DNA of 64,000 nt from assembly GCA_964036045.1 (NCBI GenBank), contig OZ038379.1:20584001-20648000 (forward strand), given 5' to 3'. Under the pieces are notes generated by a model, which saw nothing but the letters and a program-made list of their open reading frames with translations, was not told where the DNA came from and ran no database searches. The translations under genes and the position numbers were made by a program. Source of the stretch: Eutreptiella sp. 'Long Island Sound 2002'. Its lineage: Eukaryota; Protista; Euglenida. Position 1 is the first letter of the stretch. Each line of letters opens with the position of its first letter. Shown here one piece after another: positions 47,333 through 59,859 of this stretch.

Positions 47333-50300
47333 GTTGCCCATGTGTCCGTTGCATATTGAATGGTATTTCTTCATTGTCTCAAGCACAGGCGCCTGCACTG
47401 ATACAGGCGAAGGGCAGTCTTAGCTAGGTGACGCGATGTATACCTGATTACAGTGGTCCCTTTTTGTCTATGTACATCCTTCTCCATAGTGGAGGGGAAT
47501 AAAGCGGGGGGCTGGGGGCAACAATTTGATTTTCATGGCAAGTACCTCCTGGAAGGCTATGAGAACGATGTGGTATCCCAAAAAGGTTGCCCGGTCTTAG
47601 GGGGAGCCTTAAGCGCAGTGCGCGCGCAGTGCAACTATTTGGGCGTCCGGCCGTACTAGAGACCCATACTTTGAGATACTAGGGGCCCCTAGGGGCCTCA
47701 TGGTGACCCTTAGCGGAGGTTTTGACTTCTGATTTTGTCCCCTTTTGTTTGGGTGTGCCAAAGGTGATTGAGCAGATCTTGCGGTTCGGCAAGGGTAACC
47801 ACTTACCAAGGGATGAGGAAAGTGTAATTATCCAGGATGGGCTTGATGGCCAACCATTCTCTGAAGGTGGCAGTGAAGCCCCAACACTGCAGCCTGCGAT
47901 TGACCGTTTGCGCCGTGAGAAAAGAGAGAGAGAGGCCAAGAAACAAGCAAAACATGCGCAGCAGGTCCTAGAAAAGCGGCAACGCACACTGGATGCTTTT
48001 TGTGTTGCTGCGCCCCCTCGGGCCGATGTGGCTTCGTCCAGCTCCAATCTCCCTCAACCCTCTCAGTCCTCGCAACCCCCTGTGGCTACACAATCTCAAC
48101 CCCAATCCGATTCTAACCGCAAGGGAAAGGAGAGAGCCCCTTCCTCACAACCGAAACCACACATGTGGCACTGCGGCATCGTAAGGAACATGTGTGTGTT
48201 ATGTTAAGGGAAGGTAGTTTGCAACTTTCTTGAGCTGGGGCAGTTTGGGTCACCTAATTCTAAGGCCGTTTCCAAGGGGTGTGCCTGGGGGCTCTTCGGG
48301 GGGACCATAGTCTAAAAGTAGCGCGCAGTGCGCGCGCAGTGCAAAGATTCCCCCTTAGCAGGTACAGTCCACCGGTGTTTGGCCCCAAATACTCAGTGTT
48401 GTGCCTGCATGGTGCACGAATGATGCAACAAATCCCCATGTAAGGAGATGGTGGCCAAGCCTCACCAGCCTGGGGCCTCTCTAGGCAGGTGGGGGGCCCA
48501 AACACACAAACAAAAATGAAATTCCAAGTGTAATGCAGAGTGAACCACAATATATCAAATATGAAACGGCCCATTCGGCACAACATCACAGGGCAATTTC
48601 GTGGCAAACATCAGCAACACGCAACAATGCAGATTTATATACGGCACATCAAATACCTGACATTGCATCACCTTTCGGTCCTCCGCTCAACGCATTCAGT
48701 CAGAGCTACAAAAAAATTTGCACATCGCCCAAGTGACGGTTGGTCACTGAAAAGGCGGAATATGGCGGACCATTGCATTTTGCAGGTGATCAAGATGAGT
48801 TATGGACCCGAACGCCAATTTTAGACAGGAGGCATGGGTGTGAGACATGGGTCGCCAGAGCAGCGGAGGGGCCACAGGCACAGGCACAGGAACTTGGCAG
48901 GCACATTCATTCTCGTATCAGTGTTGGACAGAGAAACTGCCTCAGGGGAGGTGGCAAACAAAAGTTTTGAGAGAACACGTGTTTTTTTTTTTTGCAAAAA
49001 GGGGCATGCACGTCGGCACACCTTGACCGTGGCAATCAGTACCCACTGTTCGACCTCATACCCTTACATGTGCATACACCAACACTCATGCACTCCCTTG
49101 GCTGGAGCTACTGCCCAAGCTCAAAGACAGGAAGATGATGTTGTTCTTGTCCAGCAACTGAATTTTAAAGCACCAAAACAGCGCCGCTCTTGGCACCCAG
49201 GAAGAGCTGTGGGTGGACCCACATCGCCGCCGCACGTCTGTAGTATTGTAGCCTCCAACGGATGCGCAGCAGAAGGCAACCTCCAGTCATCTTGAGTACT
49301 GCGCCCGAGGAAGTCATGCCTCCACATCTAAAGGAGCAGGTAACGGGGCCTAGGAGGGCTTGAATGGCCCCATTCTGGAAGTCCATCTCTGGTCTGAACT
49401 TCTGACTGTCCTTGACGACATTCATTCCAGAGTGGTACAAGGATGGGGGGGGAACAGCCAAATTTGCTATATCCCACCCCGACACCTCCTAAACACCCAC
49501 AAATCCGGTGACAGAACCATCATCTTTCAGCGCCCATGTCCAACACCTCAGCCGGATTCCCGCCTTGTGCTCCCCTACCCCCCCCCCCCCGTCCCCGTCC
49601 CCATACCAATGATCTTGTGGAACTGCCGGACATTGCTGCATATGCATACCAGGACTGCATGTGTAGAGCACTTTGAGACCTGCTTGCGCCCCGTCCCTGG
49701 CAGACAACACTAGTCAATCCAGAACGGACCAGAACGTGCAGACCCCTTGTGCCCAATTCATCTGGCCCCAGTGTTTGAAGAATATGATAGCAGCCTCCAT
49801 TGATAACAGCCCCCAATGGAGGCTGCGGATGAAGCAGAGCACGCCTGGAGCAATAGTTCATGGGCTGGGTACCTGCCGTTCGATGGGACCCTCACTTGTG
49901 AGAGGCCGCTGAGATCAAGTGCCGTGCCTGTATGACAAGAGGCTCCCACCTGCTCATACGGTTAGGTTTGCTCACGGGACGCTTGCCCATGTTCCACAAT
50001 GGCCCCCGGATGCGGAGGGCCCATCTGCTCCCATGTCATGCTGTGCACTACAGTGGAGTGAGCAGGGTGCAGTTCTGGCACCCACCCTTGGGCCACTCCC
50101 AGCAGCGCCACACAGTGGCGCACCCACCGACTGGCGGGCAGGATCTCTGGAATACGCTCATGGGGCAGGGTCTGCCTGAAAATTGTGGGCTCCAGTGGCT
50201 GGCTAGCCAACGGGACTTCATACAGACTCATGGAGTCATCTTCAGAGCCCTCAGAGTCAGGTGGCTTAATATGCCCCCCCCCCCCCCGCTCCCGAATGCC

Positions 50301-50790
50301 ATTATCATCTTCCATGGGTTTCTATATGGCAAGCCTGTTTTAGTGATCCTCACTCTGTATTGTGCCTCATTGCGTTTGCGGCCCCTTGCCTGTTGTTGCA
50401 CAGTGCTGGCTACATTTGATTTATGAATTCGGAGATTTGCTGACAGAAATTTCCATTCGATATTACATTTATCGTTTCAAATTCGAATTTCCGAAGTTTC
50501 ATCAATGTGCCAAGGAGGGGTGAGCATCGTAAAACAACCCTTTTTGTAGTTCGTATTTTGAACGTCATGCCTAAGCTAGGGAAAAAGTTGTTATTTCAAG
50601 CCCCGTTTTCCCACTTTTTTTTCCGCACTCGTAGCCCCCCTTTTTCAGCCTGTGCGTTCTTTTGGTGCGCCTGAGAAAGGGGTTTCATTGTAGGCATGGA
50701 AATTACCTGATAGCACTCGTATGCCATCCTTCAGAGGGTAGAATCACACAACACATTTGCAATGATCTTTGAGTGGTAGTGGACAAACAC

Positions 50791-51044
50791 TGTACCTTCC
50801 CCCCCCCCCCCCCCCGTGTCCATCCCCCCCCCGTGTCCATCCCCCCCCCCCCAGGGGGGGAACCGTCACTTGGCCATGAACAATAAGAAATCAATAGGAA
50901 ATCACAGGCGCCGAAGGCGCTGAAGAAAATTTTTAGTTGGGTTATACTAGAATTGGCTGGTCGGGAGTGGTGTACGGTTCCCCCCCACCCCGGGGGGAAC
51001 CGTCGTCCCTTGGGGGGGGATGGACATGGGGGGGGGAAGGTATA
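50791..51044. mobile_element. Small MITE-like inverted repeat element
   Basis: TGTACCTTC(C)nGTGTCCATC(C)n is inverted as (G)nATGGACAT(G)nAAGGTATA. Confidence 0.55.
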
Positions 51045-52259
51045 TTATTTGGTCCCCTAAGCGGCTCAAACCACATTTCCTTGGTATGCCTTGGTTGCCA
51101 AATTATTGCACTGCCCTTAAGGTGCTGATTTGAGCTGCTTTATCTTTTGCTGCTCCAGTTTAGCATGTCCACTTCTGCTTTTCCATAAGTCTTTGATGCA
51201 TCCATTGCCGTTATTATTTTCTAGGGTTACAAGTATTCTTGTCCATGTAGAGTTGAGAAATAGCATAATGAGACCTGTGAGGGGAAAATCGAAGCAGTTG
51301 GTCAAGAAAATGCTGCGTAAAAAGGTGTGTGAGGGTCACAGGGTCACACCTTGGCACTATGTAGTTATTGCGTGTGCACAACATGAACGTCTTCTCCGTA
51401 GCAATCTGAAACTTTGGGATGCTGTGAAATGCATGTGAAACGCACGTTTCATGCAGACTGGCAAACTGCTCTGCCTTGTGTCTCCCTCTTTGGTTGCATG
51501 CTAGAACCAGTCACATAGAGCTACTGTGTATTTGAACACAACCCCGTCTACTAGTCACCTGTTTTGCTGTCTTTTGCATTTTGATTTGGACCGAAGAGAG
51601 CAACACTACACAGACTCGCCCTGCTGAAGCTGGTTTGGTGTAGCGTTTGGACGAAGGATTATTTGGGGGATTGCTTCGGGAAGTATGTTCCAAAAGTAGC
51701 GTGCAGTGCGCACGCACTGATTGCTGGGATTCTCCCGAGGGAAAAAATATGGGCTCAAAATGCTTGGCAGATGGGACGCGCTATGTGTGGGATATGTGGG
51801 GTCCGGATGGTGCACGCATGCCCTGCGCGCGGCGCAAGTACTGTGGCACCGGGGGCGAACCCTGCAGGATTGGATCGGGCCTATTGCAACGTGGGAAATG
51901 GTGGGGAATAGTGGGAAATCATCGGCCGTTCCCAGGAGACTCATCGGATGACCACGTCAAAAGATGCGTGCGGCACAATTGTTCCTAGGGCGAAGTCCCT
52001 GGCCGAACCGCACGTCAGTTCCACTGGCTCTGTGGCTTCAGTGGAAGGAGGGAGGCAAGGCGTGGTCTGTCTGTCGCCCTCGTGGGTGTCCGCAGCAGAA
52101 CGATGGAGGGATCACCTGCTGCCTGCACCCCCCTTCTCGGAGGGACCGAAGGCCTGCTCTGCCTGCTGCCCTGCCTCAGATCATGTGGTAGCTTTCTTTA
52201 TTCTGCCACTTCGGCACGAAACCTCCGCTTGGCAGTCAAAGACGTCTGCTGGGGGGGGG

Positions 52260-52575
52260 ATGGACTACATCGAGGTCCGTCTCCGGTCAGAGCCACCCCC
52301 ACTCCTCCTTCCTGCCCGCCCCAGCCCCGTAAAATGGAGGCTTCAGGATGTTGCCCTGGGGCTACTAGTTCTCATGGGCTTTGCTGCCGTCCTCCCAACC
52401 CCACGGACCATAGATCGCATGATCGCCTCCACGCAGCGCTGGCTCGTGGCAGTGGACCGGATCCCACGTCCCTATGCAAGCGCAGCAAGTGCCGTGACGA
52501 TCAGCAGGGGCTCGTGTCGCTCCGGCATAGTGCCACTGTGTCCTGCTTTGAGCGCTCTGCCAGAACCGACCTCAG
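52260..52575 (+). CDS. thpR: ThpR/LigT gene exon 1: N-terminal signal-peptide plus transit-peptide-like presequence
   Basis: MDYIEVR...VALGLLVLMGFAAVL (hydrophobic), then an S/A/T/R-rich stretch. Strong donor CAG|GTAACC, phase 1, matches the phase-1 acceptor at 54062. Linkage to the downstream exons is inferred from phase. Confidence 0.55.
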
Positions 52576-54062
52576 GTAACCCACCCCTCCGCCCATGGGA
52601 ATGCCATGCACGCAGTGCGAAGTTTTGGATGTCGGCAAATACTCGCACCCTAGCTACCTTTTGGTGGTAGGACGTTGATCCTGTGCCCTTGGTTTCCTTT
52701 AAAGGAAAAGAACTTCCATAAATGGTCAAAATTTTTTGGATTGTTCATTTTTCTGAAATGGATTCAGAGGAAATGATATGGTCACCACCAACCGTATTAC
52801 TTGGGGTGAGTATCCCAGCCTCTGCGTGCGCAGTATGCACGCAGTGCAAGAACTTCCCCCATGCCCCCGTCTTAGGCGCAGTAGGCGTACTTGCCCCCGT
52901 TGTGTCTAAGCCCAGCAACCCCATCCAGCCGGTTTCTTTTTCCGACTGCAGATTCTGCGGTTGCGAATGCAAGACTGATATAGTGATGAGCCCCTTGTAG
53001 TAGGAACGCGTTGCTGGGTCATGCAAGTGAAGAGTTATTTCTGCCCGTCACGGCATTGTGCCTTGGTGTGCGACCCTTCTTTTGCGCAAGCTGGAGTGGA
53101 GTGGGATCGGCCACGAGTCCGCAAATGCAGCAGGTCGTATATCGCTTGCCACCTGTGCCGAACCACATGCTTGTCATCCGTAAGCACCGCCCAGTCTCAG
53201 CACGGAACCCCAGACACTGTGGTGAGGTTGTTGAGACAACCTCGAAAAAGGTTCGCGAATATCTGAACATGGTGGTGGACGAGGTTCGATGGTCTAACCG
53301 CTTGAACCATTATAATCATAGCCCTTGTGACCCACTTCAGCGACTCTATGCCCATTAGCTCGATGGGCGGTGGCCTTGGGTGGCTTGGGGGGTGGGGGTG
53401 GGGTGAAACATGAGGCTGTCCAACATTGTGGGAGTGTAGTATGGTCTATATAAGCAAGAATGTTGCCAATGGTAGCAAATACCCCCAATTTCTTCCTATC
53501 ATGTGCGCGCTGTGCCCGCGCCGTGCATAAATGCCCCCATGGGGTTGGACAAAGGGGGCGCACCGTGCGCTGTGCGCGCGCTGTGCCCATGCTGTGTGCG
53601 CGCTGTGCGAAAAGTCGGCTGTTTTCCACCACTGGTAGCCACGGATCCCAAGGTCCTGAATTCTGTACCCTACCACCCCCTTGCTGGTACACCAGGGAAT
53701 TTTTTTTTTTAGTCTGATGCTTGTTACGGGTCCCAGGGTCCTGAATTCTGCACCCCCGATGCTGTTTTGAATGGATCATACATCCTTCTGCAGGTGGGTG
53801 GTTTTCAGGGGTGTTCCCAGGATAAACAACGTAATAATTGGCGCTGTGCGCGCTCTGTGCCCGCGCTGTGCGAAAACCCCCCCAAAGGGGGGGGGGGTGG
53901 CTAGATCTCTTGTGATTTGACAGCAGGGGACGATTGCGGCTCCACATTCGAGGTCACGTAAGGTCATGTAAGGCTGAACCACAAAGGCACAGCCCGCCAA
54001 AGCATCATTAGTTGCGTGGATACTGATTTCTGGACGCGTTCTGTTGATTTGCTCCTTTGCAG

Positions 54063-54288
54063 GCCCTGAGGTGACTTCCAGCGGCAGCGACAGGAAATCC
54101 CGGACATCTGGGCCCAGGAGGAGGAGGAAGAGGAGGAAAAAGGAAACCGATGCAACGAGATCCACAGAGGGTGACGTCAGCCGCAGGACTTGCCGATTGC
54201 GCTATTTTCTTGGGCTGCCAATGCCCCCGTCGCATCACGCCGTTGTGGAGCAGATGGTGAAGTATGCTGTCCCCCGCCTGCAGCATTG
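54063..54288 (+). CDS. thpR: ThpR/LigT gene exon 2: basic linker and domain N-terminus
   Basis: TTTGCAG acceptor. RLRYFLGLPMP resembles the LigT start MRLFIAIPLP. The phase-2 donor TG|GTCGCC at 54289 is the nearest candidate; the exact 3' end is uncertain. Confidence 0.6.
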
Positions 54289-55294
54289 GTCGCCCCTGAT
54301 ACGACTCAAACCGCAATGTAGAACGGTCAAGGGTTGGCATTACAGTCTGAAGCCCGCGGCATTGGCTGCGTTGAGGGTGTCTCCTCATGGTGAACTCACC
54401 GGGCTCTTAGGGCCATCAAGGCATGTGGTTGTACAGCGGGCGCAGGGGGTTGGGTCGTTGGTGGGATGCGGATTTTGTTGTGGTGCGGTGGGGGTCTGCG
54501 CCTCGTCCGGCACGTCTGGCCCGGCCCGACGCATCCCAGCGCCCCATCTCAGGGAAATGGTCCAGTGGCTGCTTATCCCCCGCCATATTTGGGCCAAGTG
54601 GCCCAGAGGGGTCCCCAACGTGGAGAGTATAAGGTAGCCCGCCTCACCTCAATAGCACCAGAAGGTTGAACAAACACAACAGGTCGGCAGGAACATTTTC
54701 GTGGATTGTTTGGTGTGGATACAGGGTGAGGCAACGCAGGGAAGGGTCGAAAATTAGCCATGGGCGGGGAATGCTCCCCCTTGGGCAAACACAATCTGCT
54801 GCGATCACATGCTTCCGTGTGGGCTGTTGCTGAGAGGTGCAGACATCCGGCCACCCCATCGTCATGGGTCAGCCCCCAACCCCCTGCATCCTGCATCTAC
54901 CCACCCCAGGGGCACACAGGCACGCCGGCATCCTGCCCGCATGCGCCGCACGGTCTCGGGAGCGGCAACAGTCCCGATGGCTGGTCCGGCCCCGAAACGC
55001 CGGGGGGGGACCCTGATGCTCTTCGTTGCAGATGGATTGTGACACACTCCGGGTGCCTTGGGAAACCCCCAGTGGTCCTTGTGGGACATCGCCAAATGTG
55101 ATGTGTCTGAAGGGTTTTGAGACCCGGTTTTGAGACTGAAATGTCAACAGCCGTGAGCCCAGACCGATAGCCTGACCGACTAACGGCAAATCTCTACGCA
55201 GGTGCAGGGCGTTGGGGTTGCCCGTCTTCCTCCGACTCGAATGCCCGGCCCCCGCTTTGGGGCCCAGGGTCAAGCAGTGACACGTGTTTTGCAG

Positions 55295-55537
55295 TGGACT
55301 AGACACATCGCTGCAGGACAACCTGACCTTTGTCGCACCGGAGCGCATGCATTTGACGCTCCACTTTTTGGGGGAGATCAATGAGACGCAGGTACGTGTT
55401 CTGCGGGCGGAGTTAGACCGGACCATCCGCCACCACCGATTTGAGATGCAGTACGAGGGCGCGGGCTGCTTTCCTACGGTACGGCGGCCGCGTGCGCTGT
55501 GGATTGGCTGCCGCGATGCGGATGAAGCCGAGTGCAG
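55295..55537 (+). CDS. thpR: ThpR/LigT (RNA 2',3'-cyclic phosphodiesterase, 2H family) exon 3
   Basis: First HxT motif MHLTLHFLGE and GAGCFP..RRPRALWIG. AG/GT boundaries, phase 2/2. Confidence 0.9.
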
Positions 55538-56573
55538 GTCCAGCCCGCTCAATGGCCTGACTCGCCCGGGAATGGCACGGGTGGCTCGTAGAGGATGGGT
55601 CGGGCATGCGAAAGTTTGGTAATTTGGCGCCCAAATTGGGCTCGCTGGACGGTCATTGGCCAGATGAGGATGAGGCCCGGCCAGGCCTTGATGAACCCTG
55701 TTCTGCAGCGGACGGTGCGTTGCGAGGTGGTGGTACAACCCTTCGTCCGCTCGAGTACTTCGGCCTGCAAACCAGTTCAGGGTGTGCACCAGGTCCAGCC
55801 ATCAGACGGTGACCATAAGTGCACAAGCAGAATTGGCAGGCTCCGCTCCAAAGCGGGTCAGCATCCCACCTGCCCACGTCCCCAGCCATGCACATCACAT
55901 GATCCGCCTGCATCATCATCACTCAGACCCCAGGACGGAATTGCCAAACGGCGATTTATTGGGGTGGATCATCCGGCCGTTCGTGCTCGTGTAGCCAGCG
56001 AAGGCCTGATCGGGGGGTGGGTGGAGGCCTTCGGCCGTAATCCTTGCCGCGGCTTGAATCATGTCGCCCACCCCGATCACCACTGAGGCAACCCGAGTCC
56101 CTCCCTGGTTGGCTGGGGGCCTATGGGGGTTGCTCATCAGTTGTTGAGAGGGTCTCAGGAGGCCTGTTGAGGTAGGCCCACGGACATATGTGCCCCATGT
56201 ATTTCAATTTGATCTAAAAGCACACAGGTGCAGGATGTTGTGGCCTGGGTGGAGCGCCACTGTCAAGAGTGGCCGGGAAATGACCCACAGGCTTTATGCC
56301 CTTCAACACAATTACCACTGACCATCGAAAAAATGAAGTAAACCTTCTTTTTCAAAATTCGTGAAAAATAATTGTCTTTCTCAGTTTTACTTCATTTGTA
56401 CTTTGTTTTACTACGTCCTACACCCGAGGCGTGTTGGAATCCTGCTGTTTTTAATTCACCAAGGACGCGCTTGCCCATGCGCCTCAGCCCCTCACCCGTC
56501 AATGCCACTCTTGTACATGTCGTTGTTCCACGGACCCCAGACGCGTGTATCCGTGTTGCGCACTGTCCAAAAG

Positions 56574-56700
56574 GGTGTTGGTGGACCAAGTTGACGAGGC
56601 GGTGCAGGCCTCAGGTCTGCCTCCAGTGCCAAAAGACGAGTTCGTCGCACATATTACCATGGCACGGGTGAAGAAGCGGAGGAAGCCCAAGTTGCAGAAG
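56574..56700 (+). CDS. thpR: ThpR/LigT exon 4 (final exon or exons not resolved)
   Basis: Second HxT motif FVAHITMARVK. Phase-2 AAG acceptor matches exon 3. GT donor at 56701. Confidence 0.85.
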
Positions 56701-57739
56701 GTGTGGTCCCCGTGTACTGTGGCCCCAGCACTGCCCTCCACCGCCGCCTCTGTGCTTGGGCTGCAGACTCAGCCCAAGTGCAGCGTGGCTGCTTGCACAC
56801 AGAGCACCCTCCACCTGAAATACCAACGGCAAATTTCCTGGAAATGCAGCGCACCATTTTATGACGCATGGTGATCAAATGCTCGGCCCCACATCGGGTG
56901 TATTGATTGTGTTCCCGATTAGATTCCGCAAAGACAATGGCACATAGATACGAGGGCTTCAAGTTGAAATTGCTGTTTTGCTCAGCAGATCGCAGTCGAA
57001 GACTTGCCTCTGTCACCGGAAAATTATTTGCTCAGCAGCCCCTCTTGGTTTTGCCTACCCTACCAGGTCCCCCCCCCCCCGCCTCCCTTTACAAGGTGCC
57101 CACATACTCCACAAGGGCGGGGGCTGCGCCCCGCGCGCCGGCAGGTGCCCGCCACGGGGGTGGCAACAGGGCCGTGACCAGTCAACCGCGCACGGGACAG
57201 TCCACGTTGTACGGAGATGTGAAAGCCTCGTACGGGGGGGCAGGCGGGTGGGACAGGAGTGGGTGCGCAACAGGGGCACCCAGGAGCGCCAACAGACAGG
57301 GGGAGGAGCAACACAGACACACAGAACGTGGGAGCCACACCAGGAGGGACAAGGGCGAGCACAGCAGACAAGGAGGAGGGGCACAGCGTGGCAGGAGAGG
57401 CGACCAGAACAGCGGGAACAGGAAACCAGAATGGAGGGGATGGGAGAGCGTGCACATGGGAGGCAGCGGCAACAAAGGGAATGGCATGGCCAGCCAGCCC
57501 CGTCGCTACCAGGTGCCAGGGCAACCCCTGCTCAACTGGCATCAGGTGGGGGGTGTCTCCCGCAGCCTATATGGGCTGTTTGCGCAACAGGAGCGGGAGC
57601 CCATCAGGGGCAGACCAGCCGTGAGGGGGAAAAGGACATATGGTGGACGGCCGGGACAGGGCGTGGAGGAACAGGGCACCTGGGCCTCACGCACACAGAA
57701 ACACAGCGAGGCAGGCTATGGACGGCCTGTGGACAGAGG

Positions 57740-58030
57740 CGCGTGGACAGCAAAAACAGTCAAACGACCCCGGCAACAACCGGCACATCCTCAATACGCC
57801 AACTATTGGGCGCCGCTGACGCGCAAACGGCACACCATGCCGCATTCAACACAGCCCCAACACACCAACTACTGGGCTCCGCGAATGCGGAAACGACACC
57901 AGCAGGAGCACCGGCCGCAGCGGCCGACAGAAAGCAGCAACCCGACGCAACATGCGAAGGGAAGAACGGGTGACTGCCCAGGGCCCCGTAAAGGAACAAC
58001 AACCAGACGGAATGTCACACGCGGGGGCGG
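57740..58030. repeat. Probable high-copy interspersed repeat
   Basis: I recall AAACAGTCAAACGACCCCGGCAACAACCGGCACATCCTCAATACGCC...GGAATGTCACA as a recurrent sequence in euglenid (Eutreptiella) transcripts. Only one copy is in the window, so this is not verified here. Confidence 0.4.
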
Positions 58031-59859
58031 ACACTAGAAGTTCTAAAAACATGAATTGTGTCCATTGGGGCGGCATGGGGCTGGTGCACAGGATGTGGCA
58101 ACGGGAACTAGGGCAGCATGAGGCATGTTTGCAGCTTGTAGGGTAGCATGGGGCATGTCCGGACCCGTTGTCCGCTTGCCAATCCCTTTGCTCTGCCCCT
58201 TGGAGCACTTTCTTTGTGCCGCCATCAGAGCTGTGTCCCGCCCACATGACCCGAACTACCCAACTGACCCTAGACCGGCAGGGCCGTTCAGTCACGGAAA
58301 AGCCGGCCGCAAATGCGCCGAAAGCTTGGTTTTGTCGCGGGCTTAAAAGCACTAAAGTGTTTGAGACCACCTCGTCACACGCCTCGCAGCTGTTGTCGAC
58401 ACCCTGGACGTGCTGGGTCGAAGGGCTGACGACCGTAGCGAACAATGATGGCTTCAGACAACATGATGAGCCGCCTATTGTGGCCCAATTTGTTTTTTGG
58501 GGGGGGGGGGCTTGAGGCCAAGCACGGCACGGTGATGCTTGGCCGCCAGCGGTGTGCAGTTGACTGATGTATTGGCACCTGGGGCCAAAGATTGGCACAC
58601 AGTTAATCGCCAAGTTTTCAGGATTGGTACATATTAATTGCACCAATTTTAAGGACACATGAGTGTTTGCCCAACGGCCGCAATGACTTTCTCCATGTAT
58701 GTATCGGAGTACCTCGTGCAACATGCCCTTGTTCCTTCCCAATGATTGCCTGCATATTGGGTCTGCATTTGGATTAGAACCCCCCCCCCCCCCAAATGTG
58801 GCTCAGGTGCACATCAGCAACCACCCAGCACTGCAAGCCTGCAGTCTGTTACAAAGCAACCTCGGATGAGACAAAGGGGGTTTTCTGAATTTGGATACAA
58901 TTAATGCCCTAGAATTTAAGGATTGGGACACATCCAAGAGCCGTTTATTTTGTTGAACCATTCTTTTTCCCGGACATTTGTTTCACGCCGCTGATGTATT
59001 ACCGTGTGAGGGTGCGAAGCAGAGTGCGCACCCGGTGCTTTGTGAGCCGTATTTCGATGAGACGAGTCGCGACGCATTGCCGTGCCAAAAACACGGTCGT
59101 GTCTAACGTACGTTGCATTGCGGTATGAAGGAGTACGCTTGGAGGGGGAGGGGGCTGGGTCGATGGGGATGGAGGCCACGAGAGGGGTGCCGGAGTGACA
59201 CATCGTAGAATTGACGAGAACTCGCACTGTCACCACATCCACTGGTGCATTTTTTTCACTTCCTGGTCTATGCTCCCGCCTCACTGCCAGGATTCCCGGG
59301 GGCGTGTAGGTTCATCCCCGCCCGGCCACCACCCCACCTCACCGCCCTCGCTCCACAATTGCACTCCAGGGTCCACATAGACTCAGCCGGAGTGCAGATT
59401 TGCCGGACACCGCCTGGCTTATGGTACATGGACAAGGCTTAGAAGTGCCCACTTTGGGTATGTTTAGTGGAACACTACCCGGGAAATGGGCCAAAGTAGG
59501 GAAAATGGGGGGCAATGGGGGTAAATGAGGGAAATTGGGATTGCTTGGTGGAAAAATGGAAATTTTTGGGGCTGAAGGGGCCAAAAAATAAGGTTTCAGT
59601 TGGCAACAAGGCTTGGGGGGGGGGGGGGCATTGGCGAAAGCTCCCGAGGAAAAATGGGGGGAAATGGGGGAAAGGGGGGGGAAATGGGGGAGATTTAGAT
59701 TGCTCATTGCACAAGTCCGAGCCTTTGGGCTTGTGGTGTGTAGTAAAGCTGTGGGGAGGCCATACCTTTCCCTTTTGTGCCACTGCTAATCACAGTTTTT
59801 GTTGTTTTTCCATGATACCCATCTGTGGAATCCACGTCACTGCTGTTTCCGGTTGTCGT

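Noticed and set aside
56907-58037. 376-aa and 331-aa ORFs as genes
   Set aside because: Low-complexity G/R/Q-rich translations of repeat sequence, with no domain motifs or codon bias.
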